Of a stretch of DNA of 40,591 nt, positions 15,689 to 24,397 are shown in pieces. The DNA lies in the IMG/VR virus record IMGVR_UViG_3300042347_001356, positions 1 to 40,591 of that record; one strand, written 5' to 3'. The DNA is from a virus (lineage: Duplodnaviria; Caudoviricetes). The notes under the pieces are model-generated. The model made no database searches. It was not told the origin of the DNA and was given only the letters and a program-made list of their open reading frames with translations. Numbering within the stretch: position 1 is the first letter of the stretch; each line of letters opens with the position of its first letter. A program made the translations under genes and the position numbers.

Positions 15689-16369
15689 ATGAAAACAGCA
15701 ACAAAACCCAAGGCGGCTCCGACCGCATCCACGCCTGCTCCCGCAGCAGGAATCCGTAAAATCAATCTCGGCGGCATCGCTGCCAAGACTGAAAAGAAAA
15801 CCACAGAATACCCCGCGCTCCCAGACCCTACGGGGGATGTCGCGAAACTCGCCAGCGAGATCATCGCGGAGAGCCGGGATTTTGAAGTCCTCGAAGGCAG
15901 CCTCAAGATCAAGAAAGCGGAACTCCGTGCCATGTCGCAAGAGTTTTACTTCCAACACCTCCACGGCAAGCACGAGATTCCCAGCTCCGTCGAAGCCAAG
16001 GGCGAAAACCCCGAGGAGAAAGTGCTCGTCACCTTCTCCTCCCGCTACTCGACCCTCACCGACGAATACCCTCTGATCGAGGCTCTCGGCCCCGAACTCA
16101 CCGCGCAATTCTTCCGCCAGAGCTTCGAACTCAAGATCGACGGCGACAAAATCCCCGCCGACCGCGCCGAGGAACTCATCAACGAAATCCAAACCCTCTT
16201 CGCCAGCCACAACTGCCCCGAAGCCCTCAGCGCCAAAGCGGTGATCAAACCCACGCCCGACTTCCACACCGGACGCCACACCGCCCTCTCGGTGGAGGAA
16301 AACCTGGCCGTGGACGCCGCCTGCCCGATCATCGCCATGGTCAAAACCAAGGGGAGGAAGGGGAAATGA
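15689..16369 (+). CDS. hypothetical protein (226 aa)
   Basis: Long ORF with typical codon bias. Confidence 0.8.
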   Translation: MKTATKPKAAPTASTPAPAAGIRKINLGGIAAKTEKKTTEYPALPDPTGDVAKLASEIIAESRDFEVLEGSLKIKKAELRAMSQEFYFQHLHGKHEIPSSVEAKGENPEEKVLVTFSSRYSTLTDEYPLIEALGPELTAQFFRQSFELKIDGDKIPADRAEELINEIQTLFASHNCPEALSAKAVIKPTPDFHTGRHTALSVEENLAVDAACPIIAMVKTKGRKGK

Positions 16370-16566
16370 GCATAATAATAAAAGACATACTTGATGACCA
16401 ATACTGCCTTGTTGAAGGCGGGGCGTCGTTTGAAGTCAAAGGCTTCTCAATCCGAATTCAATCCACAGACGAAGGTGTGGCCGTGGAAATTTACAAATAC
16501 GACAACGAGATTGACGCCATCGCATCCTGCTACGCATTTGACGCAGAAATAACTCAAACCACATGA
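16366..16566 (+). CDS. hypothetical protein
   Basis: ATGA-coupled. Confidence 0.65.
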   Translation: MSIIIKDILDDQYCLVEGGASFEVKGFSIRIQSTDEGVAVEIYKYDNEIDAIASCYAFDAEITQTT

Positions 16567-17018
16567 CAGACACCCCATCCACAACGGAGGAGATCAACGA
16601 AATCATCGTCTCCACCCTGCGAGACCTTGTGCGAGGCCAATGCAAGGTCTCCAAGGCGAATGCCATATTCCATGGCATTCGCCTCCTGCAAATCCAATAC
16701 GACAACGAACCATCCCTGGAAGGGCCGATCCCCATCGACTCGGAACAAGAAGACTTCCGCCTACTACTGAATGAACTCTGGAAACGCGATCCTCAACGCG
16801 AGTGGCAAAGCGCCGAGATGCGCGGCGTCGCCGTGGAGATGGGTCTCTTTCAGCGATGGCTGAACCACGAAAACGCCGACAGTTTCTCCTCCATGAGCCG
16901 ATTCGGACTGCTCTGCGACCGACAACTCCGGCGATTTCACAACGGCCTCGCCCTCACCCGCCAAGGCCAAGGACGCCACCGCGCCTACACACTCCAACAA
17001 CACGCCCAAGCCGCATGA
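16563..17018 (+). CDS. hypothetical protein
   Basis: ATGA-coupled; ends QAA. Confidence 0.65.
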   Translation: MTDTPSTTEEINEIIVSTLRDLVRGQCKVSKANAIFHGIRLLQIQYDNEPSLEGPIPIDSEQEDFRLLLNELWKRDPQREWQSAEMRGVAVEMGLFQRWLNHENADSFSSMSRFGLLCDRQLRRFHNGLALTRQGQGRHRAYTLQQHAQAA

Positions 17019-17036
17019 TCAATTTGCCAAAAAAAA

Positions 17037-17066
17037 CCTCTGTGTCCTCCGTGTCCTCTGTGGTTA
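17037..17066 (+). repeat. 9-mer tandem repeat
   Basis: CCTCTGTGTCCTCCGTGTCCTCTGTGGTTA. Confidence 0.8.
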
Positions 17067-17082
17067 GTTATAGAAACTCTTT

Positions 17083-17706
17083 ATGATCCCATCCTACCCT
17101 CTCCGCCCCACCAACGGCGGCCCATTCAACCCGGATCGCGACAAGCGCGGCCAGTGGGCCTACGAACCCAAAGTCAATGGCTGGCGAGCCATCGTCCACG
17201 CGCCGACCAGCCGTATGTGGAACCGGCGAGGCCAACGCCTCTCGATCGAGTATGAGTTTGCCGCCGTGCTGGAAGCGATCCGCAACGCCGACCTGCCGCC
17301 CGAAATGGAGTGGCTCGACTGCGAAGCGCTGGAACGCCGCCACGACCTCGGGCGCGGCAGCCTAGTCATCCTCGACTACCTCGCTCCCGGCAAGACCACC
17401 TACGATGAACGCCAGCTCTTACTTGCAGACGCGATACACCCATGCGGAGAAACACGCGAGGGGTTTGAACGCTGGCAGTTCGATCGCGTGCCGCCTCCGG
17501 CAGATCGCGCCCTCCTGTTTCAAAGCCCATTCACTGGCTCCGACCTCAACCACTATTGGCAATCCCTACAAGACCTTAACAAGCTCTGGAACGCCGAGGT
17601 TTTCGAGGGGTTCGTCGCCAAGCGTATCGACTCCACATACCCCCGCCAACTCCGCTCTCCCAACTTAGAAAGCCCCTATTGGGTGAAACACAGGTGGGAT
17701 TTTTAG
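17083..17706 (+). CDS. ATP-dependent ligase-like nucleotidyltransferase (adenylation domain only)
   Basis: Motif I EPKVNGWR, WNRRG, LDCE, ILD, EGFVAK, WVK. Confidence 0.8.
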   Translation: MIPSYPLRPTNGGPFNPDRDKRGQWAYEPKVNGWRAIVHAPTSRMWNRRGQRLSIEYEFAAVLEAIRNADLPPEMEWLDCEALERRHDLGRGSLVILDYLAPGKTTYDERQLLLADAIHPCGETREGFERWQFDRVPPPADRALLFQSPFTGSDLNHYWQSLQDLNKLWNAEVFEGFVAKRIDSTYPRQLRSPNLESPYWVKHRWDF

Positions 17707-17809
17707 AATTGACCACAACCGGGCGAGAGGTAGAGCAACCGCAGGTTGACCCTGAAGGGGCGAGACGAGCGGGAGCGAGCGAGTCAAAGAACACAGAGAA
17801 CACAGATGA

Positions 17810-17832
17810 AAATTCCTTATTGTAAGGATTTT
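17810..17832. promoter_or_regulatory. 23-bp palindrome, copy 9
   Basis: AAATTCCTTA TTG TAAGGATTTT. Confidence 0.65.
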
Positions 17833-17840
17833 GGAAAACT

Positions 17841-18077
17841 ATGAATATAGAATCAGTTGATGAAATGCTTAATAGGTTAAATACTTACGAAGAAACCAAG
17901 CAACAGCTCGAAGAGGCGCAGAATCAACTCTCGCAAATATATCGTTGGATTGAGCGGCATAACCAAGACGGGTTCATCGACTCGCTCACTTATACGCAAA
18001 ATCTCGATAGGTGCGTTGATGCTCTCTACGACAAATTGGAAATCGCAGAGCATCAAAACAAAAAATCCTTGCGATAA
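17841..18077 (+). CDS. hypothetical protein
   Basis: Bounded on both sides by palindromes; ends KSLR*. Confidence 0.7.
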   Translation: MNIESVDEMLNRLNTYEETKQQLEEAQNQLSQIYRWIERHNQDGFIDSLTYTQNLDRCVDALYDKLEIAEHQNKKSLR

Positions 18078-18084
18078 GGATTTT
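18062..18084. promoter_or_regulatory. 23-bp palindrome, copy 10
   Basis: AAAATCCTTG CGA TAAGGATTTT. Confidence 0.7.
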
Positions 18085-18102
18085 CAACTTAACTTTACCA
18101 CC

Positions 18103-18498
18103 ATGAGCAACACCATTCACTCTATCCAAGCCTACCGACTACCGGAATCCCCTAAGCTCTGGGGGTTTGACGATGAGCGGCACGGGCTGCGCGGAGAGCC
18201 GTTTCTATGGGATGCGTCGGATTTCATTACCGCCGTGGTCGGCGAGCAGTGCCGTAAGGCCCACTTGATCTTCTCGGAGCACCCATTTCCAGGTGCAAAC
18301 TGCAAACTCACACGCACTTGGACAGGCTCACACTACGATCAAGCAGGCTGCGAATACCGCTCCGAGCACCCTATCGAAAGTCCAACAGTCTCGATCAGCG
18401 CCTGGCTCTGCCCTGCGATGATCCACTACTTCAAAAAGGAACGCGCGCCGGAGTTTATTTACGCGGCGGTCTCGCCTGCGGAGGAGTCAGCTTCGTAA
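18103..18498 (+). CDS. DUF6717-like protein
   Basis: WGFDDERHGLRGEPF...FSEHPFPG...WLCPAMIHYF...PEFIY. Confidence 0.65.
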   Translation: MSNTIHSIQAYRLPESPKLWGFDDERHGLRGEPFLWDASDFITAVVGEQCRKAHLIFSEHPFPGANCKLTRTWTGSHYDQAGCEYRSEHPIESPTVSISAWLCPAMIHYFKKERAPEFIYAAVSPAEESAS

Positions 18499-18952
18499 CG
18501 AATAGCCCTTGATTGACACCCCAGCCCTTGCGCCCAGCAAGGCGGCTATACGAGTCGGCGAGCTTGTCGGTATCCGATACCACACCCAATTTCGGCTGCG
18601 CCAGAGCCACGGGCACATAGGAGACATTGACCTTGTTTTTTGCCAGGTGATCAAACCCCGCTTCCCCCACGCCTCGTATTGCCGCAGCCCCCTTGCGAGT
18701 GCCGCGAATCTCCTCGGGAGCTTCCAAAATATCCAACCCCGCCTCGCCACCCCCGCGATGCGAATACTTCATCATCGCGCCGGAGGGATGCCGCAACGCA
18801 ACCCGCTTCGTCACACCGGCAAATGCTGGCCCAGTAGGGACATCGCCCCCCGTGTGGATGACATACTCAATCCCACTCTTCAAAACCCCGGCTCGCCGAG
18901 CCAACTCACGCAATCTCTCAAAAAAAACAACCCGATCCATAACCACATACAC
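18455..18952 (-). CDS. possible counter-oriented hypothetical protein
   Basis: Most protein-like frame in this interval; opposite to all neighbours. Confidence 0.4.
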   Translation of the reverse strand: MYVVMDRVVFFERLRELARRAGVLKSGIEYVIHTGGDVPTGPAFAGVTKRVALRHPSGAMMKYSHRGGGEAGLDILEAPEEIRGTRKGAAAIRGVGEAGFDHLAKNKVNVSYVPVALAQPKLGVVSDTDKLADSYSRLAGRKGWGVNQGLFVTKLTPPQARPPRK

Positions 18953-19048
18953 AGAAAGTCAACGAACCTATGCAAAACATACAGCCCTCTCAGAAGTCCT
19001 CGCCGAAATCGCGGCCCTCGAAGCCCAACTCAAGAAGGCAGCATGAAC

Positions 19049-19071
19049 AAAATCCTTACGATAAGGATTTT
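19049..19071. promoter_or_regulatory. 23-bp palindrome, copy 11
   Basis: AAAATCCTTA CGA TAAGGATTTT. Confidence 0.7.
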
Positions 19072-19127
19072 TCAAAACTCTCTTTGGTTGCCCGACCTTC
19101 AAAACTCTCTTTGGTTGCCCGACCTTC
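19071..19127 (+). repeat. perfect 27-bp tandem duplication
   Basis: TTCAAAACTCTCTTTGGTTGCCCGACC x2 plus TTC. Confidence 0.9.
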
Positions 19128-19144
19128 GAGAGTTTCCAGTTCTC

Positions 19145-19177
19145 AACTTAAAACTTAATGCTTAAAACTTAAAACTT
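19145..19177 (+). repeat. heptamer-repeat leader
   Basis: AACTTAAAACTTAATGCTTAAAACTTAAAACTT before ATG 19182. Confidence 0.8.
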
Positions 19178-19181
19178 CTCC

Positions 19182-21155
19182 ATGACACTCAAACCCTTCC
19201 AAATCGAAGACCTTGCTCGCGCTGCGCTGCAAGACGGCGCAATCATCGCCTGGGAACCCGGCATGGGCAAGAGCCTCGCCGCTATCGCCTGGCCGCTCAT
19301 CAAGAAAGCTCGCCGCACGCTCATCGTGGCCCCTGGCTCGCTACACCACCAGATGACTGTCTCGGCAGCGAAGTTCTTCAATATCTCGCTGCGCCCGATC
19401 AAGAACACAGAGGAGTTCTTCCGCCGTGGCCTCGACTCGCCGCCGCCCGCCAATGGGCCGCCGCAATTCTACATAACCAGCTACCAAGCCCTCGGGCTGA
19501 ACGGGGCAGACGAGTGGCACGACGAGTTCGGCCACAAGGGGCAACCCAAGCCGAACAAAGCCGCTGTGAAAGCCCGCCGCGCGTGGTGCAACCAACACGG
19601 CGTGCGCTATCAGGGCGTAGGAGTCGGCGAGACACGCGGCGGAATAACCTGCGTGTGGTCGCCCACCATGGCCCGCATCGCCGACCTACACGGCACATTC
19701 GACTGCGTGGTGGTGGATGAAGGCACGCGCCTCCAAGGCACAGAAAGCCGCATCGGAGCCAGCGTGCGCCTCCTCAACCCCCGCTATCGACTCGTGCTCA
19801 CCGGCACACCCATAAAAAACCGACTCGAATCCATCTTTTGGCTTGCAGCATGGGCTGCTGGCAGCTATGGACGCTGGCCATACGCCAGCACCGAAGACGC
19901 CAAGGAGCGGTTCGCTGACACATTCCTCAAGAAAGAACGCTACATAACCCGCGAAGAGCAGGCCAAAGCGCGAGGAGAAAAAACACGAAACACCACCAAG
20001 CGATCGAATCGTATCTGCTCGATCCATCGCTTGTGGAAGACACTTGCCCCAGTAATAATCCGCCGCAGAAAAGCAGACTGCGGCCTCCAAATCGCAACAA
20101 AAACCGTGCAACCCATCATCGTAAATCCCGGACAATCCCAACTCGCCGTCTACCGCTACCACATCAACAACCCGCCACTGCGCGGCAAGAAAAAGGGGTC
20201 GCAGCTCGCACACCGCCGCAACCAAGTCGGCATGCAGCTCACCAACCTACGCCTCGCAGCCCTCTGCCCGAACGCCGAAGCCCTCGCCGAAGCCTACACC
20301 GCAGGCGACGGCCCGCGCCGCTCGTGGACGGAGTGGACGCCGAAGCTCTTCGCCTGCCTGGAGATCATCCGCGAGCGACTCTCGCGCGGCCAGCAAGTCA
20401 TCATCGGCTCGCCCTTCCGCGACTTCAGCCACAGCCTGCTCGGCAAGCTCACCGAGGCCGAAGTCCCCGCTGTGCTGCTCGATGGCGACACCTCGCCCGA
20501 AGAGCGAGGCATCCTCGCCAACGACTTCAAGAAGGGCAAATACCCCGTGCTCATCGCCGGACTCAAAGCCATGGGCGAAGGCCACTCCTTCGAGAACTGC
20601 GCGCACCTCATCCTGCCCGGCCTCTCCTACGCCTACGACGAGAACGAGCAATTCATACACCGCGTCTGGCGACTCACCAGCCCAGGCCCAGTCACGATCT
20701 ACCCGATCATCGTGCGCGGATCGATCGATGAGAAACTCCACGAGATCTTCAGCGAGAAGGCCGATGCCTCCAACCTCGCCATCGATGGACGCCTCTTCAC
20801 CGAACCCGAGCAGGATATCGACATGGAGTGGATCCTCAACGAGACGATCAAAGCCTTCGATGCCGCCGTAGCCACCGTGGACGAGCAGCTTCTCGTGCTC
20901 CAATGGGAGACCACCCACGCCCGCCAACTCCGCCACGCGAACCTCCAATACCACGAACACATCGAGAACAACGCCATATCCCAAGAAGAGATGGCCCTCG
21001 CCGTGCAAGCCCTCGCCATCCCCAGCCCCACCCAACTCACCGTGGACATCTGCCGCAAGCAATTCCACGAAGGAACCTACCGCAGCGAACCCGTCACATC
21101 ATCCCACATCAAATCCCTCACCGAAAAACTCCGAGCCAAAAACAAGAAAAAATAA
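19182..21155 (+). CDS. SNF2-like superfamily 2 helicase
   Basis: LKPFQ, PGMGKS, VVVDEG, LTGTPIKNRLE, GEGHSF, QFIHRVWR. Confidence 0.85.
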   Translation: MTLKPFQIEDLARAALQDGAIIAWEPGMGKSLAAIAWPLIKKARRTLIVAPGSLHHQMTVSAAKFFNISLRPIKNTEEFFRRGLDSPPPANGPPQFYITSYQALGLNGADEWHDEFGHKGQPKPNKAAVKARRAWCNQHGVRYQGVGVGETRGGITCVWSPTMARIADLHGTFDCVVVDEGTRLQGTESRIGASVRLLNPRYRLVLTGTPIKNRLESIFWLAAWAAGSYGRWPYASTEDAKERFADTFLKKERYITREEQAKARGEKTRNTTKRSNRICSIHRLWKTLAPVIIRRRKADCGLQIATKTVQPIIVNPGQSQLAVYRYHINNPPLRGKKKGSQLAHRRNQVGMQLTNLRLAALCPNAEALAEAYTAGDGPRRSWTEWTPKLFACLEIIRERLSRGQQVIIGSPFRDFSHSLLGKLTEAEVPAVLLDGDTSPEERGILANDFKKGKYPVLIAGLKAMGEGHSFENCAHLILPGLSYAYDENEQFIHRVWRLTSPGPVTIYPIIVRGSIDEKLHEIFSEKADASNLAIDGRLFTEPEQDIDMEWILNETIKAFDAAVATVDEQLLVLQWETTHARQLRHANLQYHEHIENNAISQEEMALAVQALAIPSPTQLTVDICRKQFHEGTYRSEPVTSSHIKSLTEKLRAKNKKK

Positions 21156-21156
21156 T

Positions 21157-21615
21157 ATGACACCAGAAGAAGACTACCCGCCCACCGAATTCAAAGGCCA
21201 ATTCAGCGACGATTTCGAATCCGAAATGCTACTGCAAAAACTCTTCGGCCAAAAAACCAACCAAAGCCGCGAAGCCATCGCACGCGAAATAGAAAAGGAC
21301 ATTCTGGCGATCAGCTCTCCTCCGGTAGATCTCCGCGCCATCCCGGAATCCGAAAGATCAACCCACGATGATTGCGATGTCACCATCCCCGAGGACATCT
21401 CTCGTTACCTCGAAATCGCCGAGTTCCCCCTCAGCCCGGACGAGGTGAATGCGCTCGAAGACAAGATCAACGCCTACCATTCGACCAAGCCCCCATCCTT
21501 CATCATAATGGAGCCCAGCTTTGTCCATACCGGCAAAACCTACACACACATCGAAGAGCTTGGGAAAATCAGAACGGGATTTGTTTACAGGCACAACGAA
21601 AACAAGAAAAAATAA
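21157..21615 (+). CDS. hypothetical protein, paralogue A
   Basis: Similar to 21617-22060. Confidence 0.75.
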   Translation: MTPEEDYPPTEFKGQFSDDFESEMLLQKLFGQKTNQSREAIAREIEKDILAISSPPVDLRAIPESERSTHDDCDVTIPEDISRYLEIAEFPLSPDEVNALEDKINAYHSTKPPSFIIMEPSFVHTGKTYTHIEELGKIRTGFVYRHNENKKK

Positions 21616-21616
21616 T

Positions 21617-22060
21617 ATGACACCAGAAGAACAAGACAGCGCCCGCAGGCTCGCCAAGAGCATCAAAGACCCCGAAGCCCTGAAGATCGCCCAGACCATC
21701 TTTGACATGCACCAGGACAACTACTCCTGGGCAGCCCGCCAAAAACAATGGGAAGAGGGAATAGTGCAGAAGGCCGTGCCACCGACCGACCTCTCGCAGA
21801 TCGACCCTGCGGAACACCACCTCCATGACCACAGCCAGCTATTCGTTCCCGAGCACATAGCCCGCTACATACAAGGCTGCACCTTCCCCCTCGGAGACGA
21901 AGAACAAGAAATGATCCTTACAGAAATGGACAAATTCCACCGGACTAAAACCTACGGGGTCATGATAGATCTGCTCATGGAAAAAATCGGGAGAACCTAC
22001 CTCTTCATCCCCGAGGTGGCAAAATACGAAACAGGCTTCTACTACCTGCACCAAGCATGA
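21617..22060 (+). CDS. hypothetical protein, paralogue B
   Basis: MTPEE start; PPxDL, PExIxRY, FPL, GxTY, TGFxY shared with paralogue A. Confidence 0.75.
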   Translation: MTPEEQDSARRLAKSIKDPEALKIAQTIFDMHQDNYSWAARQKQWEEGIVQKAVPPTDLSQIDPAEHHLHDHSQLFVPEHIARYIQGCTFPLGDEEQEMILTEMDKFHRTKTYGVMIDLLMEKIGRTYLFIPEVAKYETGFYYLHQA

Positions 22061-22260
22061 AAAACCTCGCCGTCTTCGCCGTCTTCTTCATCGCCTCGTT
22101 CGCGATCGGAGCCACGCCTATCCTGATCGGCATCGCGCTGGTCTATGCCGTGGCCTGGCTCCTGTCGCGCGGCACGGCAGCGAAGACAGCGACCCCGCCA
22201 CCCGCAGCCCCCGCCACGCCTCCGCCCTACGGCGGCACACACCGCAAAATCCAACCATGA
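22057..22260 (+). CDS. small membrane protein
   Basis: Hydrophobic N-terminal 35 aa; ATGA-coupled. Confidence 0.7.
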   Translation: MKNLAVFAVFFIASFAIGATPILIGIALVYAVAWLLSRGTAAKTATPPPAAPATPPPYGGTHRKIQP

Positions 22261-22445
22261 AAACCGAAACCCTGCGCGGCAACCACCGCATCTACTACTA
22301 CGATGTCTTCGAATACGGCGGCAACCTCTGGCCTGCAGCGAAGCATGTGCAACGCTTCGCCAAGCACCATGCCGACAACACGGAACTCCAAGAGGCCGCA
22401 GCAGCCTTCTGCAGCCAGTGGCCCGACGGCCCGCAAATCGTATGA
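22257..22445 (+). CDS. hypothetical protein
   Basis: ATGA-coupled. Confidence 0.6.
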   Translation: MKTETLRGNHRIYYYDVFEYGGNLWPAAKHVQRFAKHHADNTELQEAAAAFCSQWPDGPQIV

Positions 22446-22460
22446 ACCAACAAATTTCTA

Positions 22461-22841
22461 ATGAAATACAAATGCACTGAAAATAACTGCAATGGCTATG
22501 GCGTCTGGGGCGGATGCCTTCCATGTCCAGCGCTTATGGGCGGAAAATTGGACGAATGCCAAAATCGGCGTCCCGTCCCACGCTCAGAAGATCAATGCGA
22601 AATTAAAGACCTTCAGGCAAGATTTCATGCGGCCCTTCGACCAAATGGATTGAGAGCCATCGCCTGCGGAGTTGAGAAAAACATGAGCGAGGCCGCAATC
22701 CAATTGATTCAAGACGACCCAAAAACGCCGGAGTGGGTGAAAAAGTTTTTGATTGGCGAGATATTGCCAGCCATGGCCGTAAGCGTTGAAAGCCTGCGCG
22801 TAGCAGCCGTCGCCCTACAAGAATATGATTCCTCAATATGA
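22461..22841 (+). CDS. hypothetical protein, Cys-rich N-terminus
   Basis: ORF tiling. Confidence 0.6.
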   Translation: MKYKCTENNCNGYGVWGGCLPCPALMGGKLDECQNRRPVPRSEDQCEIKDLQARFHAALRPNGLRAIACGVEKNMSEAAIQLIQDDPKTPEWVKKFLIGEILPAMAVSVESLRVAAVALQEYDSSI

Positions 22842-23209
22842 ACACAGAAACCCCTCTCGCTTTCTTGCTTTTCCGCATCTCCATACAAGACGGAACACTC
22901 ACCGCCCACTACATCGATGACGAGCCGGGCGACAGCCTTCTCGTCAAAGCAGGCCTGACCTTCCTCGGCTTCGAACCCGGCAATCCGAAATGGTGGATAG
23001 GCCAGACAAAAAAATGGGATTCCCTCGCCGCATACTGGAGCTGGCTGCCCTCGCTTTTATTCAGCGAAGACCACGCCCATTTCCAGCCGCAAATCAGAAA
23101 AGCAAGCTCCACCCAATTCGAAATCGAACTCACCTGCCCCAAACCACCATCCAAACGATCCACCACCACAAACGAAAACCCAGCCCAACCACAAAAATCC
23201 AAACAATGA
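22838..23209 (+). CDS. hypothetical protein
   Basis: ATGA-coupled. Confidence 0.6.
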   Translation: MNTETPLAFLLFRISIQDGTLTAHYIDDEPGDSLLVKAGLTFLGFEPGNPKWWIGQTKKWDSLAAYWSWLPSLLFSEDHAHFQPQIRKASSTQFEIELTCPKPPSKRSTTTNENPAQPQKSKQ

Positions 23210-23415
23210 GCAACAGAATAAACACGATAACAGTTTTGCTTGAGAAAGATACACGAATAGACGACTGCGAGGCCATTCTTACAGCGATCCGAATGACCAA
23301 AGGTGTCCTGAAAGCTACTCCAAATGTAGCGGATGCCCGTGACTGGATGGCGGAAGAACGAGCCCGTCACACGATCAGGAAAAAACTATGGGATGCTCTG
23401 GAGAGCGAAAAATGA
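23206..23415 (+). CDS. hypothetical protein
   Basis: TVLLEKDTRIDDCEAILTAIRMTKGV phage-type small protein; ATGA-coupled. Confidence 0.7.
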   Translation: MSNRINTITVLLEKDTRIDDCEAILTAIRMTKGVLKATPNVADARDWMAEERARHTIRKKLWDALESEK

Positions 23416-23672
23416 GCAATATGAACCTACCAAAATTCCTCTATGCCGAAGACCTCGAAGGCGACCGCGAGTTTGTGATCCATAACCACTGGCCGCGCTT
23501 CATCATGGAATTCACCGACGGCTGCGGAACCCCTCACTTCTGGGATCCCGAGGCCGAGATCATTTCCGCCGAGCAGAAAGCCGGTCGCGAACCAACTCGG
23601 CTTGTCTCCCGCCTCATGCGCGAAGCGGGAGACTTCTTCACCGCATACCACCGCGCTCTGGAGGAGGCGTAA
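23412..23672 (+). CDS. hypothetical protein
   Basis: LPKFL...FVIHNHWPRF; ATGA-coupled. Confidence 0.7.
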   Translation: MSNMNLPKFLYAEDLEGDREFVIHNHWPRFIMEFTDGCGTPHFWDPEAEIISAEQKAGREPTRLVSRLMREAGDFFTAYHRALEEA

Positions 23673-23677
23673 TCACT

Positions 23678-24334
23678 ATGAAAACCACACTCACCATCCT
23701 CCTGCTGGCAGCGATGCCAGCCCTCGCCGACACGATCGTCACGATCAACGGAACCACCTACACCGACGCCAGCGTGGTCAAAACAACGCCCACAGCGATC
23801 TCCATAGTCCACTCGACAGGCACGGCCAAAATCCTCTTCAAAGACCTGCCTGCCGCGACACAGAAAAAATACGGCTACGACCCCGCGCAAGCCGCCGACT
23901 TCGAGGCGCAGGAGGCCCAGCGCAAGGCGGAGCAGCAACAACGCGCCGAGGCGCAGAGCAAAGCCGCCGCACAGGCGGAGGTGGACGAGAAAAAGAAACT
24001 CCTCCAGCAGACGACGCCGCTGACCCTCATCAAATCCGACCCGAAGCCCGGCGTGCCGTTTTGGATCAATGCGGAAATGCAAATATCGACATACTATAAT
24101 GCGTCCTACAAGGACGCCAGAGAGAGCCACTTTTCATTCCGTTTGATCGCACCCGCAGACGGATGCGAAGGTGCCGAGGGATTCATGCGGCGGTCAAAAG
24201 GCGAAGCGGTGCGCCAGGCCATAGCCTCCAAAGGCGGCACGATCAAAGCTCTCATCAAGGGCGTGTATCTGCCGGAAATGTTCGCCCCGGAATACCCCGA
24301 AATATTCGAGATTCTGGAGGTCGTAGAGCAGTGA
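23678..24334 (+). CDS. secreted protein with signal peptide
   Basis: MKTTLTILLLAAMPALA; TINGTTY...HSTG...FKDLP...QKKYGYDP domain that I associate with Verrucomicrobia exported proteins. Confidence 0.75.
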   Translation: MKTTLTILLLAAMPALADTIVTINGTTYTDASVVKTTPTAISIVHSTGTAKILFKDLPAATQKKYGYDPAQAADFEAQEAQRKAEQQQRAEAQSKAAAQAEVDEKKKLLQQTTPLTLIKSDPKPGVPFWINAEMQISTYYNASYKDARESHFSFRLIAPADGCEGAEGFMRRSKGEAVRQAIASKGGTIKALIKGVYLPEMFAPEYPEIFEILEVVEQ

Positions 24335-24355
24335 AATCCTTATCGTAAGGATTTC
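24333..24355. promoter_or_regulatory. 23-bp palindrome, copy 12
   Basis: GAAATCCTTA TCG TAAGGATTTC, with compensatory G/C ends. Confidence 0.7.
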
Positions 24356-24363
24356 TGAAAATC

Positions 24364-24397
24364 AGGCGGGACTGCGAAAGCGGTCCCGCCTTTTTTT
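24364..24397 (+). terminator. intrinsic terminator at the convergence of the two arms
   Basis: AGGCGGGACTGC-GAAA-GCGGTCCCGCC followed by T7. Confidence 0.85.

Noticed and set aside
631-21068. Long antisense ORFs (e.g. 631-1470, 3859-4602, 8189-9532, 15440-16279, 20247-21068)
   Set aside because: Shadows of + strand genes caused by biased codon usage.
168-24355. Integron attC array
   Set aside because: Palindromes are only 23 bp, lack RYYYAAC/GTTRRRY ends, and one sits within a CDS; the integrase is a tRNA-targeting phage type.
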